From: Okamejei kenojei
Taxonomy: Eukaryota
Direction of reading: 5' to 3'
NCBI GenBank assembly: GCA_035221665.1
Contig: CM069134.1
Span: 104,842,001 to 104,906,000, forward strand
DNA: 64,000 nt
This document shows, one piece after another, positions 37,490-50,824 of the stretch (positions are counted from its first letter, which is position 1; every line of letters begins with the position of its first letter). A program made the position numbers and the translations under genes. The notes beneath the pieces were generated by a model. It saw only the letters and a list, made by a program, of their open reading frames with translations. It searched no databases and was not told the origin of the DNA.

Positions 37490-37801
37490 TTCAAGAACAC
37501 ATAAAGTCCTACAACAGTCAGGTTCTTGAACTGACCTGCACAACCCTTATCCTATCTCAGCATGACCTTGTATATACATGGACTTGTTTTCTAATTGTGT
37601 TTTGCACTAATGTCTTGTCTTACTTTTGAACAATCTTTCAAACTGGCATGTAGATTTTACGTATAATTAATGGTTTGTGTGTGCTGCCTAAGATTGTGAT
37701 GCTGCTGCAAGCAAACTTTTAATTGTACCAGTGCAGCACCTAACTTGTGCAAATGCCGATAAATGTAACGACTTGGAAATGTCAAATGTAACTGTCAAAA
37801 A

Positions 37802-38180
37802 CAGATTCAGATTCAGATTCAGATTCCTTTATTGTCATTCACCTTTCGGTCTGAACGAAAATTTGTTACCTTGCAGTCATAACATGTAATAAATTAAAAC
37901 AAAAACACTAAACACATATTTAACATCCACCACAGTGAGTTCACCAGGCACCTCCTCACTGAGGTGCAAAAGTCTTAAAGTCTTTGTCACATGTTCCCTG
38001 TACTGAGGCAATCCAGGCCTCCGATGTCATCGTCCGAGCCTCCGAAGCCAGGCCGTCACGGCCGCCGTTGCTCCCAATCAGGATCGACCACGAGAACGCT
38101 GCTCTGAAGCCGGGTCGCCGCTGGAGCACCGCTGGAGAGCCGCCGGAGCGCCGAAGCCGGCCGCTGCTGTGGACGATCCA
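37802..38180 (-). mobile_element. Retroposon 3' fragment with (CAGATT)n tail
   Basis: (CAGATT)4 + ctttattg; acatccaccacagtga shared with the 18871 family. Confidence 0.6.
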
Positions 38181-39792
38181 ATTCAAATTGGATTGGAGGT
38201 TGAAAAATCAAATACTAAATTTGCAGATGTGAGAAATCTGAACAAAGGACAAAGAAAATTTGGGAAACACTCAGCAGGAGAGACAACATCCCAGGAAACA
38301 GAAAATAAAGGTCCTTTGTCAGACCGAATGTCATCGATCTGAAATGCTGACATTGTTTCTCTTTCCACAGATGTTGCCTAAGTGGATTAATGGACTGCCT
38401 GGGGAAGTATCAAACTTATGAGCACTTTTCATTTGTGGTTCTGCCAGACCACCTATGGTATATATAAATGATACAAACAAATGGGTGGGAGAGAGAAACC
38501 TGTGAATAAGCGATCTGCAATAAATGGTAAGGGAGGGCCAATTGTTCTGGGCAGGAGCTGCAACTTGAACAATTTCAATTAAAATTGAGTTTGTTCATGG
38601 GAAATTATTGATTGCCGTTATCGATAGTTCTTTACCTGCTGGTACAAATGTTTCTTAAAAGATTAAATAAACTTATAATCTTATAACCAATATGATGTTT
38701 CCTGCAGCTCTGCAGCTTCACCAATGCCCCTGATTTACATGTTCCTAAATATAACTTGAAGTAATAAATGATGCAATCTTGTTTTATTAAATGGCCAATC
38801 TATGTCTTATAAATATACATTTTAATTTGCATTTTTTGCCATCAGCTGACAGAATCTCTTGCAACACTTTGAAACATATTGATGAATTTTGCAGGTAAAT
38901 CATATCTGTGCACCCAGATTGTTCAGCTGCTTTAATGTTCACTATGTTATCATTAGATGCCTCAATTTGTGGTGCATGCAGTGCAATAAAACTAACCATG
39001 TGACTGTTGATTTGCAACAAATTATGGTGAATTAGTTTGATAATATGATTGACTGGAACAAGCTTTGCAATATTAATATATTAATCACTCCTCAATCTAA
39101 AAAGTGCCAAGCGTTCAAAATGAGCAATTACTTTATTTCTCAAGAGATGCAGTTCTAATTATGAGTCAGGGAGATAGTGCTAATTATATACAAATGTAAA
39201 TACCAAGTCTCAGATCAGTGTACATAATCACATGATTTGTAATTTAATATGTACTGCATGACAGTTTTTTTATTCTAATCTGCTCCGATATGTTATACAA
39301 CCCATCTTATCCATTTTATTAGAGGCTGTAAAATGTGGCAAATGGTACGCATAAAATTGGATTAATATATTCAAATATACAAACTTCCTGCTCTGCATTA
39401 AAATTATTTGCTAGAAATATATATTTTTTAATGTTCTTAGATATTTAGATGTTGCTCTAATCTATAAAAAAAAGAAACTTTTACTAGATCCCGTCTGTCA
39501 CGTGACTAAATGCTAATCTGAAAAAAAAATCCCAGTGGGATTACAAAGGACTACACTAGCATGATTATATATATATTTTCTACAATACAGTTACTGGTTA
39601 TTAATGTCAATTTTGTCTGCAACTCTTTATCACCCCTGTTTTGCAATATAGAGGTGATAAAGAATTGCTGACCTAATTGACCAATTCTCCCACCTAAACT
39701 GCAATCTAGTGTAAACCGGATGAAGCAGCATGCTACCTTAACTAGATCTTTGCAATATTTATGTACATATTGTATTCACGTCACTAGTTACA

Positions 39793-41025
39793 TGTGAGAT
39801 ATGCAATGTGCTCACAATCACTACTCAAAGACTAAATCTTGGAAGCAAGAGATTCTTTATTTTCGAGTCTGCAGAATCGGGTGCCTCTCCAAGTTGAGAC
39901 ACACCAAAGTCAGAAGAGTCATCCCCCTTTATACACACAATTCTACATCCAACCTCCCCTCCTTGGACCCACTCCAATCAGACACTGAGGTGGACAACCT
40001 GTAGGTACTTCCCCCAGTACCTCCCTCATCATACATCGCATGTTCATGGTAATGAGCAGTTTCTTGATCAGGGGTGTGTTGTAATATTCATTTATTTATT
40101 AAGCATGCTCAGTTGTTCATGACCTATCCTAGTTTTACTCACCTCCAAGTGAACTCTCTCAGTCCTCCTATATCAGCACTAAAGCTAAGCTATAGTGACA
40201 AGGGTCCCATCGATCACCCCATTCTACTGATAGGGAGCTATCTGCATCACTCCCTTATACAATGCTATCACTTCTTACTCAAGGATGGGTCTGGTAACTT
40301 TTATACACAGCTGTGTCAGAACCCTCTCCCTGGCCCCTATCGGTTTGAATCCTCTTTAAAGCCCCTTACAATAGTGGGGTTTAATCACTTTATCTCTCAC
40401 ATACATGTCAAACTACCTCCTTCTGTCTGGTTTGCTATGGACAGAGCAAGCAACTGGAGAAGAACACTGGCCATGGTTTTGGGTGCTAGAAGACCAATAT
40501 TACGGTGACCTGACCGTCAGCCTGGCAGTACAAGGAATGAGTTGTTAACTACATGGTGGTGCCCAGGTTATTGGTGCGAAGATAGGGAGAGCAATCCTAC
40601 ACGAATAATTTAAAACTTACTTCTTCCATATTTCTCTCATTTAAATCGTTGCCCACCGTAAACCATTTACAGATTATGCACCGTGTATGCTCTGACCTGT
40701 TATACCCTAAAATAGGAGTTGGATTGATAGAATCTCAATTGGTGCAATAAAAAGGGCCCCACTGTTTAGAACAAGGAGAGGGTGCTTGTGTGTCTCCCAG
40801 CAGACCCTCATGTAAACTTACTTCTTCCTAAGGAGTACTTTGGGATTCAGGGTGGCTTACCTTCACACTGGCTTTGAGGGTTCTGAAATTACTGATAAGG
40901 CGGCAAATATGCAAACTACAAAGCTTTCCATAGATTTCCATAGATGAGTTAAGTAGTGGCCAAGGGATTAGTTGGTTGGTGTAGTTTGTGAGGAGGGCTG
41001 CTTTTCTGCCGATCACCTCCAGGCT
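39793..41025 (-). mobile_element. Candidate retroviral-type LTR
   Basis: On minus: TATAAA (39933-39928), hairpin (39905-39880), AATAAA (39861-39856), end ..CTCACA at 39793; upstream limit uncertain (abuts CR1). Confidence 0.45.
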
Positions 41026-41027
41026 TC

Positions 41028-41250
41028 TTTGTGGAATTCCCTGCCACAGAGGGCAGTGGAGGCCAAAACACTGGATGGATTTAAGAGTGGGTTGGATAGA
41101 GCTCTAGGGGCTAGTGGAGTCAAGGGATATGGGGAGAAGGCAGGCACGGGTTATTGATAGCAGACGATCAGCCATGATCATATTGAATGGCGGTGCTGGC
41201 TCGAAGGGCCGAATGGCCTCCTCCTGCACCTATTTTCTATGTTTCTATTT
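41028..41250 (+). mobile_element. CR1 3' end
   Basis: LWNSLPQRAVEA..GYGEKAGTGY, 3'UTR, ttctatgtttcta tail. Confidence 0.92.
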
Positions 41251-41269
41251 TTCTCTGCAACTTGCACTT

Positions 41270-41410
41270 AATGCCAGTTCTCCACTTTGAATGGTAATGG
41301 GAAAGAGATTCCCAGGAGTCGGTGACGATGTTACATTTCTTCAAGGAGGCTTTGAGCACATCTTTGAATCCCTTTTTCTGCCTTTCTGGTAACTTCTTCC
41401 CATGACAGAT
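41270..41410 (-). mobile_element. RTE (BovB-like) LINE C-terminal relic
   Basis: Minus translation RQKKGFKDVLKASLKKCNIVTDSWESL resembles the RTE C-terminus. Confidence 0.6.
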
Positions 41411-41429
41411 ATGATATCACATCCATAAC

Positions 41430-41645
41430 ATCAACCCTCAGCCATGCATTCCAAGGAATAAAGTCCTAGCCTGTCCAATCTCTCCCTATAGCTAAAGCCC
41501 TCGACTCCTGGCAACATCCTCATAAATCTTCTCTGCACCATTTCCTGCTTAATTACATCTGTTTGGCAGCAAGGTGACCAAAACTGAACACAATACTCCA
41601 AATGTAGCCTCATCAACATCTTGCACAACTGTAACAATTTCTATA
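41430..41645 (-). mobile_element. CR1 fragment
   Basis: HLEYCVQFWSP..RRFMRMLPG. Confidence 0.85.
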
Positions 41646-42639
41646 CTAAATTTCCTGACAGTTGCAGGTCAATCTTCCCCACTGCCCTCGCTCTCCACCC
41701 TCCTTCAACCACACCCCCCCCCTTCCTCCACCAAAAGTCAGCTAACTAGTTCCACAGTTAGCACCCTCTTGGGCTGACACCTGTCTCCAGCCAACAGTCA
41801 GCCTATCAGGGCACCTCCTTTCCTGAGGTCATCTGTTACCAGCCCCAATTTGTCCTCTTTTTTCTTCAGTTCCTGTCCCACTCTCTCTCTCCTAGAATCA
41901 GTCCAAAGAAGGGTCTTGGCCTGAAATGTCACCTGTCCATTTTCTCCAGAGATGGTGCCTGACCAGCTGAGTTACTCCAGCATTTTAAGTCTATCTTTGG
42001 GATAGCATCAGCACATAATTTTCATTATATTTATTTTGCTACCAAAAGCCTTCTTTATCCAGTCAACTTGTAACCACTTTCAGAGAAGTATGTACTTTTA
42101 CTCCTTGATCTTTCTGCTTTACAACACTCCCTGGGTCTTCACATGAAGATATTGCCCTGGTTTGGCTTCCAAAATTATCTTTTTGAATTAAACTCCTTTA
42201 GCCATTCTTCAGCCCACTTGCCTGGCTAATCAAGCTCTCACTGTAACTCTTGATAACTATCGTCATTGTCTACTATACCACCTGCTCTGCAAACTTACTA
42301 ATCATGCCTTGTACATTCTCAACCAATTAAATATGATTTGCTTCTATAACAATGTTCAAATAGAATTTATCATTCATTCATATTTCATTTTTACATATGT
42401 CTAACAGTTTTACTGTAACTCTCTCAGACTATCTGGGAATGTGCTTATTTACTAATATTTCAAGCTTTTGGAACTGAGTGACCTGCTTAGAATGTAGGAA
42501 TAAATTTATGACTTAGAAGGAAAATATAACTCATGTCTAGGTTTTGCCACAATCAAAAGAAAAGGAATATAAGGAATATACGCAGTACAGGTTATCCTTT
42601 TTGAATTCTATAATAAGTAAAAAAGTAGGAAGGTTAAAA

Positions 42640-43340
42640 ATAGATGATTGATTCATCTACAGGATGATTGAGTACAGGAGGAGATCAATAATCTGGTTGA
42701 GTCATGCCAGAACAAGATTCCTACTCTCAACATTAGCAAGATCGAGCTAATTCTTGACCAGGAAAAGAAAGCTAAGACTCCAAGAAACTGTCTTCATTGA
42801 TGCAATGGTGGTGGAGAGAGTCGATAGCTTCATGTTCCTGGGCATGTATATTTCTGAATGTCATTAGCCCAGCACATTAATGCAATCACAAAGCTCATCA
42901 ATTCCTCTACTTCCTTAGAATATTTAGGAGATTTGGTATGAAAGTGAACATTATATCAAATTTCTACAGGTGTACACTGGAGAGCATACCAGCTGGATAC
43001 ATTGTTGCTTGGTTCGGTAACCTAGATGCCCAGGAATGAAGGAGGCTGCAGAAAGTCTTAGACATTGTACGGTCCATTATGGGTCCTGACCTCCCCAAAA
43101 TCGAAGGGATCTACAGAAGGTGCTGCCTCAAAACAGGAGTTAATATTGTCTAAGACCCACACCAGCTTGGCCATGTTCTCATCCCGCTTCGACAATCAGG
43201 AAGAAAGCAGAGGAGCCTGAGAACCGTGACCTCTATGATCAATAACAGCTTCTTCCCAGCAATCTTCAGACTCATGAACACTGCACGACACTAACCACAA
43301 TCCTACCTCAGCAACAATGATCTACTATGGACATTGTTTT
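42640..43340 (+). mobile_element. Degraded Rex1/Babar-type LINE 3' half
   Basis: EYRR..NLVE, LNISK, VVERVDSFMFLG, FYRCTLESI, NSFFP motifs with frameshifts. Confidence 0.7.
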
Positions 43341-43345
43341 GCTTA

Positions 43346-43480
43346 ACCATATAACAACCATATAACAATTACAGCATGGAAACAGGCCCTCTCGGCCCTT
43401 CCAGTCCGTGCCGACCATTTGTTTTCCCCTAGTCCCATCTACCTGCACTCAGACCATACCCCTCCATTCCCTTCACGTCT
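43346..43480 (-). mobile_element. Short 3' end of the young CR1 subfamily
   Basis: Near-identical to 59558-59690, including the (ACCATATA)n tail. Confidence 0.92.
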
Positions 43481-43649
43481 ATCTTAAGATTATCCTATCT
43501 TATCCAGAGCCCTGTGCAAGACCTGCGAGCAACAACTGTCAGACAATGACACCCACATTGTGATGATAATGTCAATAGATAATAGACAATAGGTGCAGGA
43601 GTAGGCCATTCAGCCCTTCGAGCCAGCACCGCCATTCAATTCCCACCTT

Positions 43650-44800
43650 ACCACTGAATGCCTGGATGACATGGCTGCACAGACAGCAGTCAATGACACC
43701 CTACAGTCCCTGTCTTCGATTATCTGGCATGGCTGGCCGGATAAGCAACACAGGGTACCAGTTGTTATTCACCTTTATTCAGGTCCACGATGAGCTTGTG
43801 CTCCAGGACGGTGTGATTGTCAAGGGACACGAGGCGGTCATTCCAACTGCCTTACGGGTTAAATACTTTGACTCTGTCCACGGGGGACATCCCTGCATCG
43901 AGGCAACCATTCTTCGAGCCAAGAGCTTGTTTCTCTGGCCCGGTATGACCAAGTTCACACGGGAGAAGGTGGAAGCTTGTGCGATCTACAACAGCCTGGT
44001 GCCCCATCAACCCAAGCAGCCGCTTCTCTCCCACTCAGTTCCTGCCTTGCCATGGTCCACAGTAGCAACTGACATTTTTGAATGGCGTGGTAAGCAATAC
44101 CAGGTTCTTGTTGACTCATACTCGGGCTGGTTTGAGATTGTCCTGCTTCCCAGCCCCATTTCAGTGGTAGTGGTTCAAAAGCTAGCACGCCACTTTTCAG
44201 TTAACGGGGTGCCCTCGATACTCCTGTCTGACAACAGAAGCCAGTTCACCAGCCAGTGTTTCAAGAATTTTGCCCAACAATTGGACTTCCATCACATTAC
44301 CAGCAGTCTGGAGTTCCCTCAATCGAACAGGCTGGCCGAGTGGGTGGTCCGGAGTGCCAAACAGGTGATGAAAAGGTCACATTTGGCAAAATCGGATGTT
44401 TACCTGGTCTTGCTCAACTTAAGAAACATTGCTGCGACCCAGTGCTAGGGTCTCCTGCCAAACGTCTCATGTCAAGGCAGACCCGTACCATGCTGCCCGT
44501 ACCCAAGCAACTACTGCAGCCACAAATTCACAAGCCTTCAGTAATTCAAGCACAGCTTCAGCACAAGCGTGAGATCCAGAAATGTTACAATAAAACAAGC
44601 AGGCCACTCAAGCCTCTGGCGAGTGGTCAAGTTGTATGACTTCAGACTGACAAGGGCCATGGTCGCCTTGGTTTAATCCGCAGCCCTGCACCGGAACCAC
44701 GTTCGTACATGGTCGATTCGAATGGAGGGACCTACCGGCGAAACCGTCAGCACCTTCTACCAGTGAAGGAACCACAACCCACGATCCCATATCTAGATGT
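43650..44800 (+). pseudogene. Gypsy integrase fragment, no LTRs seen
   Basis: HGGHP..FLWPGM..CAIY, TDIFEWRG..LVDSYSGW, SDN, SNRLAE; same clade as 16470-17938. Confidence 0.9.
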
Positions 44801-46229
44801 TCCTGGACTGTTTAACCGAATGACTGACGCACTTTCTTCCCCGGAACCTGTTGGATCTTTACTTTGAGTATGTGTCAGTTGCTCTACATTCTACTCTCCT
44901 TTTTTCCTGTTGCATTTGGACTGCTGCCTCTTAGTACTGTCCTTGTTTTGATTGAGCAGATGAGACTGCCACAGTCATGAACTGCTTCATGGTCAGTGTC
45001 GATGCCAATCTTGTAAACAACCAGAAGAAGGTGCACATCTGCGGTGCTGGATTTATCTTGACAGATTCTCTGGCTTTGGTCCTGACTTTGTGAATAAGGC
45101 TGCCGACTCTTGGAATCATAGGGTCATGTAAGCCTCTTCACCACGACGAAGTAACTGGTCCGAAGAGGAGGTAAGATTATAAAGTTTCTCAAAGCTAAAC
45201 TTTGATCACTGCATGATGTTGGAGAATCTTGGACTCACTATTAGATTTAACTCTCATTAGTCAGATTTAAAATGTTGGAAGTGCCAGGAAGAAGAACAAT
45301 CTCAGAGACTGCACCTCAGAAGCAACAGGCCTGCTGCAATTTCCTCCCTGCCTCCAGTTTAATGTGGAAAAGCCTGTAATCACTTCTATTTCACCACCTC
45401 CTTACCTTGCAAAGAATGGCTATCTGTTACAATTAATGTATTTTTTAATATTATCATGCCATAATTCACATCCTTAAATACGTTTTGATAATCTCAAAAG
45501 GGCACTCCTAAAATATATACCAGGCAGGGGTTTGAAATTGCATATCTTGTCAAATAGTGTTGAGTTGTTCATAATGATTAAATAAATTATCGCTTGATCT
45601 GAACTTAAATAATGTCATATTTGAAATTCGAGGGTTCTACAGTCGATTGATTGAAAAAAAAACATACATCGAGTGATGTGAGAGGAATTGTGATTTTTAT
45701 TGCAATGATAAATGTGTGTGTGCTGAACCTAGCAGAGCTAGTCACTCGGGCTTCCATTAGCAGAGTCCAGAGTCCATGTTTCCTCTGCACTGGAGAGCAT
45801 GTGAACCCGGGCAATGTAATAACATCATACTTCAATTTTATTTTGTGTATGGGATACTATGCAGCTGCATACTGTATTGTCTATTCTTAACTCGCTGCAA
45901 ATGTTAAGGATGACGTGCAGCCATACGTTGATTTATTTCACAAATTATTTATCTTAGGAGAATATGAGTCATGGAGAAATATAGCAATGAAATAGGTCAT
46001 TCAGTCCGTCAAGGTCCAACCATGCTGTCTGTACCTGTTTTTACATGAATTCCAACCTAAACCACTATATTTTCACCACATTCCCATGAATTGCTCTCCC
46101 CCTCCCTCCCCACCCCGCCCCCAGATTCTATCACTCATCTATTCAGCAGAGGCAATTTACAACGGCCAATGAACCTACCAAGCTGAACATTTTTGAGATG
46201 CGGGAGGAAACCTGCATAATCACAGGGTG

Positions 46230-46522
46230 AATAAAGAGGAGGTCATTTAAGACTGAGCTAAGAAAAAACTTTTTTACCCAGAGAGTTGTGAATTTATGGA
46301 ATTCCCTGCCACAGAGGGCAGTGGAGGCCAAATCACTGGATGGATTTAAGGGAGAGTTGGATAGAGCTTTAGGGGCTAGTGGAGTCATGGAATATGGGGA
46401 GAAGGCAGGCACGGGTTATTGATAGCGGACGATCAGCCATGATCACAATGAATGGCAGTGCTGGCTCGAAGGGCTGAATGGCCTCCTCCTGCACCTATTT
46501 TCTATGTTTCTATGTTTCTATG
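46230..46522 (+). mobile_element. CR1 3' end inserted into a V-SINE relic
   Basis: FFTQRVVNLWNSLP region with (TTCTATGT)3 tail; SINE continues gaatgtgcaagctccacacagacagcacc. Confidence 0.9.
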
Positions 46523-47282
46523 AATGTGCAAGCTCCACACAGACAGCACCAGAGGTCAGGATTGAATCTGAATCACTGGAATGGTGAGGTAACAACTTTT
46601 CTTGCTGCACCACATTGCCGTCCATTGGAAATGTATAAATTCCAGCATGCCAAAGAACATAAAAGCCTTGTATCCTTGTTCAAATGAATGAGTGGATACT
46701 TACATAACTGTTCACAGTTTCTGTCATTATTGTTACCAAACATTGAAAACATACTAATAAACCATACTCACCAACATACTCTGTGAAGAAAGAAGGCCAT
46801 AACTGACCTGAAGCCCTTTGTTCCTTTCTGAATGATGTGGATTGAATCCCAGTGTTTCTGCCTTGACCGTGAACCTTCTCCAGTATGAGGGGTGTAAGTA
46901 TGTTGCTGTTTAGTTAGTTCCATTCTCATCACTTAGATGGGAATATTAAATATAGATCATTACAAAATTAACTACAATAGTTCTCAATTGTGTTTAGTGA
47001 CCTTCTTTGTATTAAAGGTGATGAGGTATCAAAGAAAGAGTAATGTTGAGGTGGCTGATTCATTTGGTATGGCAATTAATGGGATGAAATTGTTTCACGA
47101 AATGTACCAAAATTACTGCTGATGAATCACACCTCTTTAACAATAGCCAATCTTTAACAGTAGCCATTATGTTTCTTATTCTATTGATTTCAACAAAAAA
47201 ACAATTGCCACCCCCTCAAGTCTGTCACTTCAATCTCTGGTTACATCCTTGGCTAGTTCTAAACTCATATTCTCTTTTCCCC

Positions 47283-47375
47283 TGAAGATAGACACAAAAA
47301 GCTGGAGTAACTCAGCGGGACAGGCAGCATCTCTGGAGAGAAGGAATGGGTGACGTTTCGGGTCGTGACCCTTCG
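47283..47375 (-). mobile_element. Penelope terminal fragment, hammerhead truncated before CUGA
   Basis: gaagatagacacaaaaagctggagtaactcagcggg..gacgtttcgggtcgtgacccttc. Confidence 0.85.
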
Positions 47376-48351
47376 TGAGACACAGATTCAGTGCCAGCCT
47401 TCAACAGCACTCAACCCTTTACATCCGCATTTTCCAAATTCTCACTTTTCAAGTCTCGGCAAATTCATTAGAACATCCCTACAGCTGTTATCTGCTAAAT
47501 CAAAAATAGTCTCCCAATCCTCACACATGGATGGAAGATTTCAATGGGTTAGATGGCATCTATAGAGAGAAATAGTCCAGCCTAGATGAAGGGTCTTGAC
47601 CAAAAACACCTCTTGTCATCATCTTCCTCAAATAAACATTGTTAACTTTGTATTTACCAAGACCATCATGCTTTCTCACTCATGACATACTGCTCAATTT
47701 CACATTATTAAATACAAGAGTCGTAGATTTGAAAGACTAACCATCCATTTCTGGGTATGGCTAGGCTATATTAAGTACTGTTAAAATTGATTACTATTCA
47801 AACGGGATAATGGAAAGATAATCCCTGGCTGCTGTTTCCTATCACTGAACTCCTTCTGAACCTCTGCTACCTTCTTCACTGCCAACAAGTACAAGGGTTC
47901 ATAAATTATTTTGTCTCAGTGATCCAGACTATTTGTTCATTTGTTGATTTTGTTTCTTTCTTTTTCCCCTTCCCTACTGGACTAAACCCTGCAAATGAAA
48001 ATCAAGAAAACTGCAGATATGGGAAACCTGAAGAATAACTTGAAACAGAAAATGCTGGGAACATTCAATAGGTCAGGCAGCGTCTGTGGGAACGTAAACT
48101 GTGTTAACATTTCAGGTTAAAGAATCTTTGTCTGAACTGGGGAACCTCCTGTCAAAGGATGTTCAGCCATAAATATATGGGTTGCCTTAACGGCCGGAAC
48201 TGGGTTTCGGAGAAAGGTTTTTTTTGCAGCTGGAGCTAGGGTCAGGGATAAGTTTGGGGTCAGGAATACTGGGATTCAGGAATTTGGAGAGGCTTGACGC
48301 CAGAACTAGGGTCAGAAACATGAGTAATTGGGCTCACAATTCTGTTCTTTG

Positions 48352-49730
48352 CTGAAGATAGATACAAAGTGCTGGAGCAACTCAATGGGTCAGGCAGCAT
48401 CTCTGGCGAAAAAGGATGAGTGACGTTGCGGGTTGCAACCATTTGTCAGACTTCAGAACTAGAAGAAGGGTCCCGACCTAAAACATCATCCTTCTTCTCC
48501 ACAGATGCTGCCTGACCTGCTGAGCTATTTGACCGCAGAACCAACCAATCCCCGTCTACTGATACTCTCCTCCTCCTAGGGGAGCTGGTCCTTACCCTTA
48601 TTGTTTTCATTTGACTGCTCCCATTTCCTCCAAAAACAAAGGATGCTCATGGGCCCTAGCTATGCCTGCCTCTTTGTAGGGTACGTCGAACAATCTTTAT
48701 TTGAGGCGTACTGTGGACCTATCCCTGAACTCGACTTCCGCTACATCGACGACTGCGTTGGTGCTACCTCCTGCACCCACACACAACTCACTGACTTCAT
48801 CCATTTCACCACTAACTTCCATCTTGCACTCAAATACACCTGGAACATTTCCGACATTTCCCTACCATTTCTTGACCTCACTATCTCCATCACAGGCGAT
48901 AGACTACTGACCGACATCCACTATAAACCCACTGACTCGCATGGCTATCTGGATTACACTTCTTCCCACCCTGCTTTGTGTAAGGACTCCATCCCCTACT
49001 CCGCATTCCTCCGTCTATGCCGCATCTGCACCCAGGAAGAGTTGTACTTCACCAGGGCATCGGAGTTGTCCTCATTCTTCAGGGAACAGGGGTTCCCCTC
49101 TTCTGCTATAGATGAGGCTCTCACCCGGGTCTCCTCTGTACCCCGTGACTCTGCTCTCACTCCCCATCCCCCCACTCATAACAAGGGCAGAGTGCCCTTC
49201 TCCTCACCTTCCACCCTACCAGCCGCCACATACAACATATAATCCTCCGACATTTTCAACACCTCCAATGTGATCCCACCACTTGCCACATCTTTCTATC
49301 TCCATCCCCCCGTCTGCTTTCCACAGAGACTGCTCCCTCCGTAACTCCCTTGTCAATTCGTCCCCTCCCACCCGAACCACCCCCTCTCCGGGCACTTTCC
49401 CTTGCAACGACAGGAAATGCTGCACTTGTCACTTTTCCTCCCCCCTTGACTCCATTCAAGGACCCAAGCAATCTTTCCAGATGCGGCAGAGGTTCACCTG
49501 CACCTCCTCCAACCTCATCTATTTCACCGCTGCTCTAGATGTCAGCTGCTCTACATCGGTGAGACTAAGCGTTGGCTTGGCGTTCGCTTCGCCGAACACC
49601 TCCACTCGGTTCGCAATAAACAACCTGATCTCCCGGTGGCTCAGCACTTCAACTGCTCCTCCCATTCTGAATCCGACCTTTCTGTCCTGGGCCTCCTCCA
49701 TGGCCAGAGTGAGGACCACAGTAAATTGGA
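48352..49730 (+). mobile_element. Penelope fragment (RT + GIY-YIG) preceded by an inverted pair of termini
   Basis: MGPSYA, FRYIDD, FLD (48601-49242); CNDRKCCTC, tacatcggtgagact (YIGET); inverted termini at 48352-48530. Confidence 0.92.
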
Positions 49731-49747
49731 CAAAATGCTTTCTGGCA

Positions 49748-50779
49748 ATGTTACAAGATTTTGAGATTTTAAAAATCAAGTCTGCAATTTATCCCATTAG
49801 ATAAAGCATAAAAAGAAGTTTAATTTGACACCTAATTCACTTTCATATCTTCAGTATTAACCAAGTTATGGCCATTTTCATACTCTGAAATTAGCATCTT
49901 GTTCCCCATTGCCTTTCCATTGACTTAACTCTAAAGCTGTGATCGAGGACCGTCAAAAGCCCATAATTTTCTTAAAAATTAAGAGAACACAATGAAACTT
50001 TCAGTTATTATAGATTGAAGCATTCTGAAACAAATATGAAACAATCTTACTTGGATGACCTGAAATTAAAGCATATAATTAGTTAGTTACCTGATTTTAG
50101 CTAATTACAAAATTCAATTACTAGATCTAAACATCTATCCATTTCTTAAGAAAAGATAAACATTTTTTAATTGCCTAAGTGTACAAATATCATTCACACA
50201 ATAATTCACAATATAGCATGATTTTTAAATCTCATTTTCATGAATTTATAGGCCAAATGGAAGGAATTTAGTGTTTAATTCCAGTAAATTAATGGCCATT
50301 TAAATCAACTTGCGAGTGGGTTTTAGTGTAGCGTGGTGGATTGGAATGTTGCGTTTGCGGTGAATTTAACCTACAGTCGGCAGGAAAAATACTGCCAGTT
50401 CGTATATATTTTTTGTCCCCTTTTCGCAACGTAAAAATTTGATTAAAGGCTTCCTAGGAACCACGTTTTTATGTAAAAATAAACTGCGTACCTTCTTTTA
50501 TCCCCTATATAAAATCCTTCCTGTTGTCGGCGTTCACGGCTTTAGAAGATGATTTTTAAATTACTCTTGCTAATAAGTGATCTAGTGTAGATTAAAAATA
50601 CCTCATAAAACAAATGTCAGAGCGATTTATCTTTAGCAACGAAATCCCCTGGGATGGATCGATTTGAACTGTCTGGAGAAAAATGGCATTTTAAACCCTC
50701 CCCCCTCTGAAAGGTGCCAAAGTCGCGCACACGGGGAGTGGCAGAACTGCAGCGCCGCTGAAGGTAAGTTTTGTAACAT
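49748..50779. mobile_element. Unclassified AT-rich element with short inverted ends
   Basis: ATGTTACAA at 49748 and TTGTAACAT at 50771-50779; follows the abrupt end of the Penelope; no clear TSD. Confidence 0.4.
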
Positions 50780-50824
50780 ACCTATGCTTTGTTTTGCAGC
50801 TATTTAATGAAATCAATAGTACCA

